NCBI GenBank assembly: GCA_963849325.1
Contig: CAWKHF010000009.1
Span: 352,001-416,000, forward strand
Source: an uncultured Planctomycetota bacterium
GTDB lineage: Bacteria > Planctomycetota > Planctomycetia > Gemmatales > Gemmataceae
DNA length: 64,000 nucleotides
Direction of reading: 5' to 3'
Both the position numbers and the translations under genes were made by a program. Under the pieces are notes generated by a model that was given only the letters and a program-made list of their open reading frames with translations, was not told the origin of the DNA and ran no database searches. Below, one piece after another: positions 9,726 through 21,199 of this stretch (its first letter is position 1; every line of letters starts with the position of its first letter).

Positions 9726-11700
9726 TCATCATTTTTTCCAACTGCCGCGCCTCGTAGAGCGAAGCCAGTTTTTCGAGGGGAGTCATGGTCCCGGATAGAT
9801 CTTTCCACGAGGCGATGGCGGCCTTCTTGTCGCCGAGCATGGCCTCGGCTCGGCCGCGCATCCGCCGGGCGGCGGCGCAGTCGCCGCGGTTGGGATAGTC
9901 CTCGATGTATTGCTTCCACGTATTCCGCGCGTCCTGCCAGGCTTGCTTCGCTCTCTCGACGTCGGAGGGATGCGGTTTGCCGTCGGGCATCCGGGTCTGC
10001 AAATCGACGCGCGCTTGCAGCTGCTCGGCCTGCTCCTGCATGCACAGGCCGAGCAGGTACGTCACCTGGGGGGCGCGTGCGGCGGCCATGGCACTGTTGA
10101 GCAGGACATAAATCGGTTCGGCGCGCCGCGGCTGCCACAGGGCTGTCACTTCCTGCTCGGCCGCCTCGCGCTCGCCGGGCGTTTTGGCCCGGATCTGGGT
10201 TAAGTAAGTGCGGAAGGCTTGCTCACTCCACTCGTTGGCTCGTCGCTCGACCTCGACGGCGTTGGCCCGTCGCTTCTGCTGATCGTGCCAGTGATCGCGT
10301 TCGCGCACCAGTTCCGGCACCGCCTTGCTATAGCGGCCGCGTAGTAGTAAGTCGCGCGCCTTGCCCGGCTCCAGCGCGGAGGTGAGGAACGGCGTGGCAA
10401 AGATCGCTCGCACGCGCTGACCCAGGCCGATGTTCGGCGGGAAGCGTTCCCGGTCCTGGAACGGAGGCGGCAGCGCCGCCCACGGCACCAACTCGAAGCT
10501 GAAAATCTCCATGCGCGACAGCGCGCGGGGCTGCCCGGCTGAAGCGGTTCGCCCTCATCGACGCCGCCCTCCTCCCGCGACAGGAAACGCCGCAGTAGGC
10601 CGACGCTGGGCTTCCACAATGCCACCGGAGTCGGCTTGTCGCCGCAGGCCGCCTTGAGACGCTCCAGATCCTTCGCCGGGTCCGCGGACAGACGGACGCG
10701 CACCACCGGCGCCAGCAATTGTTCCTGCAAGAAACGCATGCGCGGAGACAGGCTCGACAGCGGACAGACTCGCAGCACGTGGGCCGCCCGCGCCTGTTCG
10801 GCCGTCACGTCGTAGCGCCTCCTTGTCGCCGACGTTGAGTTGGGCGAGGATCTCGGGCTGCTTGCGGACCTCGGCCAGCGTGGCGATACCTTGGCCCTTC
10901 GAGCCCGGCAGCGGCAGACCGAGGCGCGGATCGAAGAGATACACGTCCTTGTCATCGTCTGTCACGACGCCGCACGCCCAGAAGTTCATGCTACCCGATT
11001 CGTTGGGAATGTAGAGCAGACAGCCGAGCAGTGCAGGGCGGGAGATATCCGGGTCGCCGAATTGTTCGAGCACGGCCAGGAAGACGAGAGCGCGCTCCAA
11101 GGCACTGCCCCAGCCGCGCCGCAGCGCGAAGGCCGGCGGCACCGGCTCGCCGCCGTGCTCTCCTAGCTGAATCTCGCGCACCACCCAGGCGAACGCTCGC
11201 GCGGCCCAGCCCAGCGGCGCTTCCGCCGCGCCTGCGCCGCGGACGCCCTTCACCTCCAGGCCAGCGGCCGCATCGCGCATCAGGAGGCAGCGGTCCAGAT
11301 GATGGCCATCCAACCGCGTGTAATCGCTGCCGTCGATCTCGGCCAGCGCGCCGCGGTCCAGCCCAGCTTGCTCGCGGAGCCAGGCTCGCTGCTCCGCCTT
11401 CAGCAGCGGAGCGCGGCGCTCGGGCTTCTCCCTCAGCTCCGCATTGATCTGCTGCAAGGCGCTGCGACAGGAGTTCAGGTCGGCCTGACGGACCAGACTC
11501 TGACGGGCCGGCTCCAGGCCGCTCTCCTCGACACGAACGGGACCGCCGCCGCTGTTGATCGTCGGCGCCGAGGAGCCGCGCAGCAGCAAGAAGAAGCCCA
11601 CGATCGCTAACAGGATGCCACCGGAGACCGCGACAACAATCCAACGCCGTGCGAAGAGGCGTTCCCAGGGTCCGAGCGCCGAAGGGTAGTCATCGCGCAT
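9715..11700 (-). CDS. Membrane-anchored protein with a degenerate transglutaminase-like domain and C-terminal TPR; split by frameshifts
   Basis: Three overlapping frames (10555-11700, 10200-10955, 9715-10512); N-terminal TM; AFAWVV...GWGSALERA...FWACG...LFDP; TPR-like helices. Confidence 0.6.
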
Positions 11701-11724
11701 GAAAGCTGCTCCCGGTTGCGTATC

Positions 11725-12569
11725 TCAAGCCGTCGCCGGCGCGGGCACATCGAGGGCTTGTCGCAGGCGCAAACAGCACTCGATCAGGGTGGGCAGGTCG
11801 GCCAGCGCGATCATGTTGGGTCCATCGCTGAGCGCCTGGTCCGGCGCGGGTGCGTCTCCAGGAAGAGTCCGTCACACCCCGACGCCACGGCCGCCCGCGC
11901 CAGGTACGGCACCATGCGGCGATCGCCGCCGCTCTTGTCGCCCGCGCCGCCTGGCATCTGTACGCTGTGAGTGGCATCAAAGATCACGGGATAGCCCAGG
12001 TCTTGCATCCACGGAATGCAGCGCATGTCGCTGACCAGAGTGTTGTAACCGAACGTGGCCCCGCGCTCGGTCAGCAGCAGACGGCGATTGCCCACTTCCT
12101 CCATCTTGCCGACGACGTGCCGCATGTCCCAGGGCGCCATGAATTGCCCTTTCTTGACGTTCACCACCCTTCCGGTTCGCCCCGCCGTCTGCACGAGGTC
12201 CGTCTGTCGGGCCAGGAAGGCCGGGATTTGCAGGACGTCGCAGACCTCGGCCACCGGCCCGACCTGGTGTACTTCGTGGATGTCGGTCAACAGCGGCAGG
12301 CCGGTGCGTTCCTTGACGGCGGCCAACGTCTTCAATCCCTCGCGCAGTCCCGGCCCGCGGAACGACTTGCCGGAGGTGCGGTTGGCCTTGTCGAACGATG
12401 CCTTGAACACCACCGCAATCTGCAAGCGGCCGGCCAATTCGGCCAGCGCGTCGGCGATACGCAGCGTCAGTTCGTGCGATTCGATCACGCACGGCCCGAG
12501 CACCCACAACAGCGGCCGGCCCGAACCGCAGACCGCATCGCCGATCGGCACGGATCGCATCGTGTTCAT
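11725..12569 (-). CDS. kdsA: KDO-8-phosphate synthase (frameshift near 11845)
   Basis: [49 protein letters not shown]-terminus (ALSDGPN) continues in another frame to TGA at 11725. Confidence 0.93.
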
Positions 12570-12597
12570 GGACTCGCCCTCCCTGGTCAAAGAACTT

Positions 12598-12664
12598 CGT
12601 TTAGCCGCGACGCGCAGCGGAGCGCGAGGCTTTCTCGCGCTCCGCTGCGCGTCGCGGCTAAACG
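12598..12664. repeat. REP-like palindrome, family A
   Basis: GTTTAGCCGCGACGCGCAGCGGAGCGCG plus its inverted copy; recurs at 27135, 35488, 47417 and (degenerate) 39006. Confidence 0.95.
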
Positions 12665-12680
12665 GGGAACTTCGTCTGGT

Positions 12681-13040
12681 CTACGTCTTCAACTCCACCG
12701 GCAACTGATCGATCTTGGCGGCCAGGATGAAATCGTTCTCCGTCAAGCCGCCGACGGCATGCGTGGACAGTTCGATGGCGACGTTGCGGTAGCCGGTCAG
12801 GTGCAGGTCGGGGTGATGGTCCTCCGCCTCGGCAACTTGGCCGACCCGCGCGAAGAAGTCAAGAGCGGTCGGGAAGTCCTTGACGCGCCATTCGCGGCGA
12901 ATGCAGTGGCCCTCGTCGCCGGCTCGCCACTGCGGCACGGCGCGCAGGTGCTCGCGCACCTGCTCCGCGTTCAGGGCCGGCACGCCGCCCTCGCACGGCC
13001 GGCAGCGCTTGTGCGTCAATTCCGTCGCGGTGATCGTCAT
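12681..13040 (-). CDS. phhB: Pterin-4-alpha-carbinolamine dehydratase
   Basis: CRPCEGG...AEAEDHHPDLH...THAVGGLTENDFILAAKID. Confidence 0.9.
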   Translation of the reverse strand: MTITATELTHKRCRPCEGGVPALNAEQVREHLRAVPQWRAGDEGHCIRREWRVKDFPTALDFFARVGQVAEAEDHHPDLHLTGYRNVAIELSTHAVGGLTENDFILAAKIDQLPVELKT

Positions 13041-13275
13041 GGCTGGATTCCTCGTGCTTGGGTGCGTGGGCGATACCGTCATTTTAGAGAATCCCTCGCG
13101 CCGCGCCCTCTCGGTCGATTCTTTCGGCATAACCGGAAAGGACGCGAACCTCGCTCCGTTTGCGTCCCTCTAGTAAAGCACAGTCGGCGTCGGACTCGTT
13201 TGCGGAAGCCTGCGGCTCATCCTGACAACTCCCTGGCCTCGATGACTTATCCGGTCAGGGTTCCTCAACTACTCG

Positions 13276-13725
13276 ATGGGAGGATCCATGATTTTCCTGT
13301 ACACGGCTTTGCTGTTCCTGGTCGGGGTGGCCCATTTCCTGAGCAAGCGTCGGGTCGCCGCCCTGGAGAAGAAATACTCCAAGGTCGTCAAGGACGCGGA
13401 CGATCTGCTGCGCCAGTCCAACTACCGCGACGGCAACAGCAATCGCCAGGACCCGTATCAGAGCGCCAAGCGTCAGTACCAGCTCGCCATGCTGGCCCAG
13501 AAGCGCGACCGCATGGAAACGCGCTACAGCACCTGGCACCAGCGCGCCGAACGGCTCAGCAAGTTGCGCCATCGTCTGCGTGCCTGGAAGGGACGCAAGC
13601 TGCCCTACACGTTCGGCGCCCTGGACGTGGCCGGCACACTCGGCCTGATTGACTACTTCGGCGCCGGGCAGTACCTCAACGCCCGCCAACTGGTGGAGAC
13701 CGTCATGTCTCTGTTTTCGCGGTAA
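13276..13725 (+). CDS. Hypothetical membrane protein (TM, coiled coil, hydrophobic segment)
   Basis: 149-aa ORF with typical GC3 bias; N-terminal hydrophobic helix. Confidence 0.6.
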   Translation: MGGSMIFLYTALLFLVGVAHFLSKRRVAALEKKYSKVVKDADDLLRQSNYRDGNSNRQDPYQSAKRQYQLAMLAQKRDRMETRYSTWHQRAERLSKLRHRLRAWKGRKLPYTFGALDVAGTLGLIDYFGAGQYLNARQLVETVMSLFSR

Positions 13726-13747
13726 CGAGACGCTGGCGAAGTTCTGA

Positions 13748-13860
13748 GAGTCTGTCCCCTAAGGGTTGTGGCGGCACGTTTTCAACGTGCCGATCTGCTG
13801 GATTCTCCGGCCCTCCAGCACGTTGGAAACGTGCCGCCACAACCCGTAGGGAACAGACTC
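13748..13860. repeat. REP-doublet-like hairpin, family E (GTGGCGGCACGTTTTCAACGTGC)
   Basis: gggttgtggcggcacgttttcaacgtgc ... gcacgttggaaacgtgccgccacaaccc, with outer arms gagtctgt/acagactc. Confidence 0.85.
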
Positions 13861-13861
13861 T

Positions 13862-13931
13862 GAGTTCGGAGTTCGGAGTTCGGAGTTCTGAGTGGATGGG
13901 ACTCAGAACCCAGAACTCCGAACTCCGAACT
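13862..13931. repeat. Inverted heptamer array (GAGTTCG)n / (CGAACTC)n
   Basis: Read directly from the sequence. Confidence 0.9.
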
Positions 13932-14037
13932 TGGAATCGCTACTCTCTCCGTCTTCTGAAGGCCGAAGGAAAGGGAAGTCCGTCCGAATCGCGCCGGAGG
14001 CGCGGCGACAGGTCGTAGACCCTCGGGAGGGACCCCC

Positions 14038-15126
14038 GTGAGACATGCAGGCTGGCTGACGGTTGTTTGGCTGGCGCTGGTCCCGTGGTCGTCGGCCTCG
14101 GCGAACCCGGTGCGGCGGTTCTTCCAATTCGATCGCGTCAACGCCCAGATCGCCGGCCGCGTCCTCGATTACACGCGCAACCACGGCGCCGATCGCCGCT
14201 TCTGGTCGCCGGCCTTGCAGCACAAGCGCGACCTGTACGTATATCTGCCGCCCGGCTTCGATCCGTGCCGGCAGTATCCACTCCTCATGTGGCTGCACGG
14301 TCTCGCCGAGGACGAATTCATCTTCCTGCGCGATGTGGTCGTGTGGCTGGACGGGGCCATCCGTACCGGCCGACTGCCGCCGGTCATCATCGCCGCCCCG
14401 GACGGCAGCGTCAACGGCATCGATTGCTGTCTCAGCCCCGGCAGTTTCTACCTCAACAGCGAGGCCGGCCGCTTTGAAGACTACTTGATGGTCGATGTGT
14501 GGAATTTCCTGATGAGCCGCTTCCCTATTCGGCCGGAGCCGGAGGCGCACATCATTCTCGGCGTGTCGATGGGAGGCGGAGCGGCGTTCAACAAGGCCAT
14601 CAAGTTCCCCCGCTATTTCCGCAACGCCGTCGCTTTGTTTCCACCGTTGAACCTGCGCTGGCTGGATTGTCACGGCCGTTACCAGGGCAACTTCGATCCC
14701 GAGTGCTGGGGCTGGCGCAGCGACTTTCGGCACCGCCGCGAGGTCATGGCCCGCTTCTACGGCATCCCCATCCGATTGGGCGCCATCATCAACCCCCTGT
14801 ACAGCCGTCGTAACCCCGAGACGCTGCCGGCCATCATCCGCAACAACCCCATCGAAATGCTCGACCTTTACGACGTGCAGCCGGGCCAGCTGGAAATGTA
14901 CGTCGCTTACGGCGGCAAGGACCAGTTCAACATCGATGCCCAGGTCGAGAGCTTCCTGTATGTCGCACGCCAACGCGGCCTGGATGTCGGCGTCGGCTAC
15001 GAACCGGAAGGCAAGCACGACCGGCCCACGGCGGAGAAACTCCTGGGCGGTATCATTGAGTGGATGGCCCCTCGCCTGGCCCCTTTCGCGCCGGACGCCT
15101 GCCCCCTCCTCGTCCCCGGTCCCTGA
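14038..15126 (+). CDS. Secreted alpha/beta-hydrolase (putative esterase family)
   Basis: Signal peptide; YVYLPPGF, YPLLMWLHG, GVSMGG nucleophile elbow, GKHD. Confidence 0.85.
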   Translation: MRHAGWLTVVWLALVPWSSASANPVRRFFQFDRVNAQIAGRVLDYTRNHGADRRFWSPALQHKRDLYVYLPPGFDPCRQYPLLMWLHGLAEDEFIFLRDVVVWLDGAIRTGRLPPVIIAAPDGSVNGIDCCLSPGSFYLNSEAGRFEDYLMVDVWNFLMSRFPIRPEPEAHIILGVSMGGGAAFNKAIKFPRYFRNAVALFPPLNLRWLDCHGRYQGNFDPECWGWRSDFRHRREVMARFYGIPIRLGAIINPLYSRRNPETLPAIIRNNPIEMLDLYDVQPGQLEMYVAYGGKDQFNIDAQVESFLYVARQRGLDVGVGYEPEGKHDRPTAEKLLGGIIEWMAPRLAPFAPDACPLLVPGP

Positions 15127-15343
15127 CACCGCGATGAGACGGCCTACAATCCCTGACTTACCCGCGTGCCGGAGTCGCACGCCGGTACGCGCCATCGGGG
15201 TAGTTTGAGCGTTTTTCCTGTCCGCGCGGCGCCGAAAACTTGGTCTCCATTTGCGGGGCGGCTTTTGGTAGAGTCCCGGGGCTTCAGATGCCGGGCAGTA
15301 CCAGCCGTGGGTTCCGGGGGCTTCCGGGGACAAGGACGTCCCG

Positions 15344-17168
15344 GTGACGGCGCCTCGGCTCGGGGAGGGTCCGGAGGAGGAGACGGGCGTGGCCTCGCGA
15401 TGGCGGATTCGCCACAAGCTGATGCTCGGACTGGGCCTGGTCGTGGCGACCATGGTCCTGCTGCTGGGCGGCACCGTCCGCGGATTGTGGTCGTACTACC
15501 TCGACATGAATAGTCTTCGCGTCAAAACCTCGCAGCTGCGCCTGGCCGAGGACTTCAAGGCCGCCGTCAGCGACATCACCCGCCTGGCCGAGCGCCCGCC
15601 CACGTCGGGAGAAGAATCGCTCGAACCCGGACAGCCGGAGGCGACGAAAGGGTCCGCCGGCGAACTCCTGCTGCCTCCCTTGCCAGGGGAAGGAGGAGAA
15701 GAGCCACGACCGCGACGGTTGCACGCCGCCAACCTTCGGGACGCCATCACCGAAGCGAACAAAAGGCTCGATGCCTACGAAACGGCCCTGCAAGACGCCG
15801 CGCAGCACGATTCCCCTTCGCCCAGCAGCCGGGTGGCTTTCGCCCTCATCGGCAAACTGCGCGAGTCGTTCCAGGCGCTCGACCAGGCGCTGGATCAACG
15901 AGAGTTGCCCCGGCAGATCCAGGTTTTCATGGTCCCCGGTCAGGGCGACGGCAACATCGAACGAGAGGAGCGCCGCCAGCGGGCCGAAAAGATGGCGGGC
16001 ATCGAGCGCGACGCCGACGACCTGTGCGACTACATCCACCAGGACATGCACCTGCGCATCGACCGTTCGCGCCGCAATTACCAGACGACGGCGTGGATCG
16101 CCGGCCTGGCGAGCATTGTCGGTCTCTTTTTGGTGTGCGGCCTGTTCGGTTCCTTCTACGCCTGGGTGTTCTACCCCATCCGCGACCTGGAGGCCGGCGT
16201 CGGCCGGGTCGCCAAGGGCGACTTCGCGCACCGCATCGAGGTCCATAGCGGCGACGAGATGGAAGACCTCGGCGACGCCTTCAACGACATGATGCAGCGC
16301 TTGCAAGACCTGTACAGCGACCTGGCCCGACAGGTCAACGAGCGCAGCCGGCAGCTGGTCCGCTCGGAGCGTTTGGCCAGCGTCGGCTTTTTGGCCGCCG
16401 GGCGTGGCCCACGAGATCAACAATCCGCTGGCCAGCATCGCCTTTTGCAGCGAGGCGCTGGAAGCGCGCCTCCACGACCTTCTCGGCCAACTGCGAGCGT
16501 CCGGCTGGCTCGACGAGGAGCAGGAGGTCTTCAGCAAGTATCTGAAGATGATCCAGGAGGAGGCGTTTCGCTGCAAGAACATCACCGAGCGTCTGCTGGC
16601 GTTCAGCCGGCCCGGCGAGCGTCGCCGCGAGAAGACCGACCTGCGCGAGTTGGTGCAGCTGGTGCTCGACGTGACGCAGCATTTGCCCAACCATCGCGGC
16701 AAGGAGATCCAGTTCGAGATGAGCGCCGACCGTTTGGCCGGCGCGGCGATCGCGGCCTGGGTCAACAGCGAGGAGATCAAGTCGGTGGTGCTGAACCTGG
16801 TGGTCAACGCCCTGGACAGCATGGACGAGGGCGGCCGGCTGACGATCCGCCTGAGCCAGCGCGGCGACATGGCGGAACTGCAGTTCAGCGACAGCGGCTG
16901 CGGCATGACGCCGGAAGTGCTGGAGAACATCTTCGAGCCGTTCTACACGCGCAGCCGCACCGGCAAGGGCACCGGCCTGGGACTGACGATCAGCCATCGC
17001 ATCATCACGCAGCACGGCGGCGAGATCGAGGCGACCAGTCCCGGACCCAACCAGGGCAGCACGTTCATCGTGCGCCTGCCCATGCAAGCCCCCGAGGAAT
17101 CGCCGGCCCCTACTGCCCGGACCCGGCGCGACGCTCGGCAGGACGCGGACACGCCGCTGGCGGCTTGA
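15344..17168 (+). CDS. NtrB-type sensor histidine kinase with HAMP (frameshift near 16400)
   Basis: Two TMs, HAMP, SERLASVGFLAAG then AHEINNPL, NLVVNALD, DSGCGM, FEPFYT, GTGLGL. Confidence 0.88.
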
Positions 17169-17200
17169 CGCGTCCACGGCCCCGCTAAGCCGCCAGCGGC
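17153..17200. repeat. REP-like hairpin, family D
   Basis: Perfect 14-bp arms gccgctggcggctt / aagccgccagcggc, overlapping the kinase stop codon. Confidence 0.8.
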
Positions 17201-17232
17201 TTCGACTGGATTCTCAATACGGAACGGAAGCC

Positions 17233-18707
17233 ATGACCGATAGCACTCTCAATCGAACCTCGGCCCGCGATCGTGCCCAGACGCATCGCAGTCTGCGCGT
17301 GATCTTCGTCGATGACGAGAAGCCGCTGCAAGAGTTCATGCGCTCCGAGCTGCCGCGCCTGGGACACGAGGTCACGGTCTGCCCCGACGGACCCACCGCC
17401 CTCAAGGTCCTGGAGAAGGCCACCTTCGACGCCGCCATTCTCGACCTGCGCATGCCCGGCATGACCGGCATCGAGGTGCTGGAACACCTCAAGAAGGTCA
17501 GCCCGGACACCGAGGCCGTCGTCATGACCGGCCACGCCACCATGGAGACGGCCATCGAGGCCGTGCGCCTGGGGGCGCTCGACTACATCACCAAGCCGTG
17601 CAAGCTGGCCCAGATCGAGGCCGTGCTTGTGCAAGGTGGCCGAGAAACGCGAGCTGAAACACAAGAACCTCGCCCTGCAAACGCGCGTGCAGGCCGCCGA
17701 GGGGCCGACCATCCTCGTCGGCAAATCGCCGGCCATGGCCGCCGTCCATCGCCTCATCGACACCGTGGCGCCGACCGATTCGACGGTGCTCATCCTCGGC
17801 GAGACCGGCACCGGCAAGGAGCTGGCGGCGCGGACGCTGATGCAGAAGAGCAAGCGGGGCGACATGCCGTTCGTGCCGGTCAACTGCGGCGCCCTGGCCG
17901 AGCACCTGGTCGAGAGCGAGCTGTTCGGCCACCGCAAGGGAGCGTTCACCGGCGCCGACCGCGATCACAAGGGACTGTTCGAGGTGGCCAACGGCGGCAC
18001 GCTGTTCCTCGACGAGGTCGGCGAACTGAACAAGAACATCCAGGTCAAACTGCTGCGTTTCCTGGAATCGGGCGAGATCCGCCGCGTCGGCGACACCGAG
18101 CCGTTCCGCACCGACGTGCGCGTGCTGTGCGCCACCAACCGCGACCTGCGGACGATGATCCGCGAAGATCAGTTCCGCGAGGATTTGTATTTCCGCATCA
18201 ACACCTTCGAGGTGCGTCTGCCGCCGCTGCGCGAACGGCGGCCGGACATCCCGGAGCTGGCCCGTCACCTGCTGGCCCGCGCCGCGCGGCGACCGATCGA
18301 TCAGGTGGCCGACCTGCTCAGCCCCGAGGTCATCGACGTGCTGCTGGAACACGAATGGGACGGCAACGTCCGCGAGCTGGCCAACGTGATGGAGCACGCC
18401 TACATCCTGTGCCGGCGGCGGCAAGATCCTGCCCGAGCACGTGCCGCACTCGGTGCGCAGCCGACCAGCCGGCGCGCCACGCTCCGACTGACGGGCGACT
18501 CGGCGCCTGCGGCGCCATCGCTGCCGGCATCGCCGGCCAGCTCGGCGGCGCGGACGCTGCGCGAGACTGGAGATGGAGCACATCTTGCGCGTGCTGGAAA
18601 AGCACAGCGGCAGCAAGACCGCCGCCGCCGCCGAGTTGGGGATCAGCCTCAAGACGATGTACAACAAGCTGAATCAGCTCCAGGAAGAGCGCAAGTCGGC
18701 GGGATGA
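17233..18707 (+). CDS. Sigma-54-dependent response regulator (REC-AAA+-HTH, NtrC/AtoC-like); frameshifted
   Basis: VDDE/LDLRMP receiver, [37 protein letters not shown], terminal Fis HTH ([16 protein letters not shown]). Confidence 0.92.
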
Positions 18708-18789
18708 GCCGAGCCGCGAGCGTCACAGTAGTTTCAAGTTTCTTGGGAGGAGCTAATAGCGCAAGTGGTTTGTTGGCAGGGGTTTAACG

Positions 18790-18830
18790 GCGCCGAAAAG
18801 CGCCGAAGCCCTCGTCGGCGCTTTTCGGCG
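18790..18830. terminator. Hairpin between convergent genes, possible bidirectional terminator
   Basis: gcgccgaaaagcgccga ... tcggcgcttttcggcgc. Confidence 0.5.
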
Positions 18831-18960
18831 CAGCTGCCATCGCCTGGCCTCAATTCACTGCGGTTTTCATGGAGTTTTTCAAACTCCTCCCTTCCGACAA
18901 CCTTGAAACTACTGGTCAGCGAGCGGGGCTTGCTTCGCTCGCTGATGCTCGCGGCTCGGA

Positions 18961-19575
18961 TTACGACGATGCGGGCGGCGTTTCGCCTCCATTCGCCTCG
19001 CCGGGCATGAAGAAAAAGTCCGCCACGCGACAGCGGAAATCGGGCAAGAGGTTGCCACCCGTGAGTTCTTCGTCCTTTTCAAGAACTTCAGGGACACAGT
19101 CCGGCCGGTAGATGGTGACGGTTTGTTCCTCCGGATCGATGAGCCAAACCAGCGGCACTCCCCACTTGATAAATCGACTGATTCGACGATTCACCTTGGT
19201 CAGTTGATCGTTAGGGGAAAGGACCTCGATCACCAAGGTAGGAATGTCTTCGGTCCACTTTGGATTCAGATCCGTGAAGGTGCGCTTCTTGTCGTAGAAA
19301 AAGAGGTCCGGTCCCTTGACGGTATCGGGACCGGATTCCCATAGGATCCCTGTATCATTGGCACAAGCGTATCCTTTGCGTCGTTGCCGGATATACGTAC
19401 TGAGAACGAATCCGGCATTGAGGCAGACGACGCCATGCACTTCTCCGGGGCGCGACACTTCCACCACCTTTCCGCGCTCTAACTCGAAACACCGGTCACG
19501 ATTCTCCGGCCGATGTACCCAGTCGTAGAATTCACCCGCCGTCATGGATTGTGCTGGTATCGTTATCGTCGTCAT
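18961..19575 (-). CDS. Uma2 (DUF820) family endonuclease-fold protein
   Basis: ELERGKVV, P-x-x-x-H, GPDL, PTLVIEVLSPND, GVPLVWLIDP, LPDF. Confidence 0.9.
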   Translation of the reverse strand: MTTITIPAQSMTAGEFYDWVHRPENRDRCFELERGKVVEVSRPGEVHGVVCLNAGFVLSTYIRQRRKGYACANDTGILWESGPDTVKGPDLFFYDKKRTFTDLNPKWTEDIPTLVIEVLSPNDQLTKVNRRISRFIKWGVPLVWLIDPEEQTVTIYRPDCVPEVLEKDEELTGGNLLPDFRCRVADFFFMPGEANGGETPPASS

Positions 19576-19647
19576 CTCTCCTCCTCGGGTTCCAGACAGA
19601 TCTTCGGCTATGATAATCTCGATTCGTCGTCAACCGCTACGGAGGTT

Positions 19648-21165
19648 TTACGGCCAGTTCACTACTTCCCCCCCGTTGCGCGTGAACAGTCCCTGCAACG
19701 TCTCCTTGGTGATCGACTGAGGCAGCACTTGTACCGAGCCGTCCGCGAAGCCCGTCACGTAGCCGCGCGACGCACGCGCCAGCCCCTTGAACGGGTCCAT
19801 TGGATCGTAGGGCCAATCCTCCGGTTTGGTCCACACGACGGCGCGGGTGTCCTCAACATCGACCAGCATAATCGTGTTCGACGTGCCGTCGGTGATCTCG
19901 GCGAGGCGCACGCCGCGCTTGTCGGGGAAGAGGGTGGCCTCGCCGAGCGGGGCGAGGAAGGTCGTCTTGCCGTCCTCCGCTAGATGGGGCGCACCGGCGG
20001 AGCGAAACACCGCCGGCATGCGCGCGATCAGCTTCTTGTTGTGTTCGCTGTCCCACGGCTCATCGAGGCGGAACTCCTTGTATAACGGCTTCTCGCCGAG
20101 GTACGGCAAGAGATGCACGCGCCAGCTCAGCAGGGGCTTGTTCTGTTTGTCGTAGCTGGCGGCGGCCGGGAAATGTTTGTTCGCATCGTAATACTCGTGC
20201 ATCGCCCGCAGGATGCGGCCGAGATCGTTCGTGCTCTGATCGCGCCGTATCCGCAGGCGGAATTCGGCAAACGGTCGCAGTAGGTTCGTCAGTTCCTTCT
20301 CGTCGTGCGTCAGCGTCAGACGGTCGCCGGCCACAGTCGGCGTCACGAGCGGCACAATCGCATCGAGATGGGGCGCGTATTCGGCGAGCACCTTGTTCTG
20401 GCCGAGCGCCTTGAAGAGACGAACCAGCGCGGCGCGCAGCGCCTTGGCGGACTCGGCATCCGGAGCTTGCAGGACCAGGCGCGCCCGAAGCGAGGGCGCG
20501 ACGTCCACACTCGCGGCCGCCCATTGCAAGCCGCGCGTCAAGTCCCGAGTTGATCCGCCGCCGAAATCCGCCGGCAGCGTGGGCAGCATTTCCTCGATGG
20601 CGCGGCGCGTGTCGGCCGTGGGCAGCAGAAACGCTTGCAACGCCGCGTCGCCGGCGACCGCGATGGCCCGAGCGAGTTCCGGCCGCTCGACCGGCTGGAG
20701 CTTGTGCAAGCGTTGCAGGGCCGTCTTGGGACCGATGACAACGGCCTGTCCAATCTTTTCCGCGGATTGATCAGTCTGTCTCACCAGACGCTTCAGGAAG
20801 GTCGCCAGCGCTTTGCCCTCGCCCTCCACCGGCGCCACAAAGAAGGAGCCATCGAGCAGATCCATCAAACTGAAGACGATGTAGATGTCCTTGCCGCCGG
20901 CCTTGCGGAAGGCCGGCAGCAATGCGTCCCAGCGCTGTCGGAGAGGATCGAAGTCGCTTTCCTTGCCGCCCGTCAACCGGGCGAACGCCTCCACAAGTGT
21001 TTTCGGTTCCAGCCGAGTCAGATCGACGTGGACGACGAGGATCGTGCGATCGTCGAGGTAGGGGGCGATGGTTTTGGCCACTTGACCGGGATCGAATTTC
21101 GACTCGGCGGCGTTGCTGGAGACCGTCACCGAGAGGGCGAGTGCCGCGGCGAGGAGTCGATACAT
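19648..21165 (-). CDS. Secreted protein with C-terminal DUF1559 domain
   Basis: Signal peptide [55 protein letters not shown]. Confidence 0.88.
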   Translation of the reverse strand: MYRLLAAALALSVTVSSNAAESKFDPGQVAKTIAPYLDDRTILVVHVDLTRLEPKTLVEAFARLTGGKESDFDPLRQRWDALLPAFRKAGGKDIYIVFSLMDLLDGSFFVAPVEGEGKALATFLKRLVRQTDQSAEKIGQAVVIGPKTALQRLHKLQPVERPELARAIAVAGDAALQAFLLPTADTRRAIEEMLPTLPADFGGGSTRDLTRGLQWAAASVDVAPSLRARLVLQAPDAESAKALRAALVRLFKALGQNKVLAEYAPHLDAIVPLVTPTVAGDRLTLTHDEKELTNLLRPFAEFRLRIRRDQSTNDLGRILRAMHEYYDANKHFPAAASYDKQNKPLLSWRVHLLPYLGEKPLYKEFRLDEPWDSEHNKKLIARMPAVFRSAGAPHLAEDGKTTFLAPLGEATLFPDKRGVRLAEITDGTSNTIMLVDVEDTRAVVWTKPEDWPYDPMDPFKGLARASRGYVTGFADGSVQVLPQSITKETLQGLFTRNGGEVVNWP

Positions 21166-21199
21166 GCTTGTATTCTCCGTGAGGAGTGACAGGGACTTG

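Noticed and set aside
11850-13652. Long antisense/alternative-frame ORFs (also 42-992, 13903-15474, 31055-32890 and others)
   Set aside because: Shadow ORFs expected in high-GC DNA, overlapping well-supported genes and lacking motifs.
18961-19575. Uma2 gene as a restriction or defence system
   Set aside because: Uma2 paralogs are very common stand-alone genes in planctomycetes; no partner methylase or defence cluster is adjacent.
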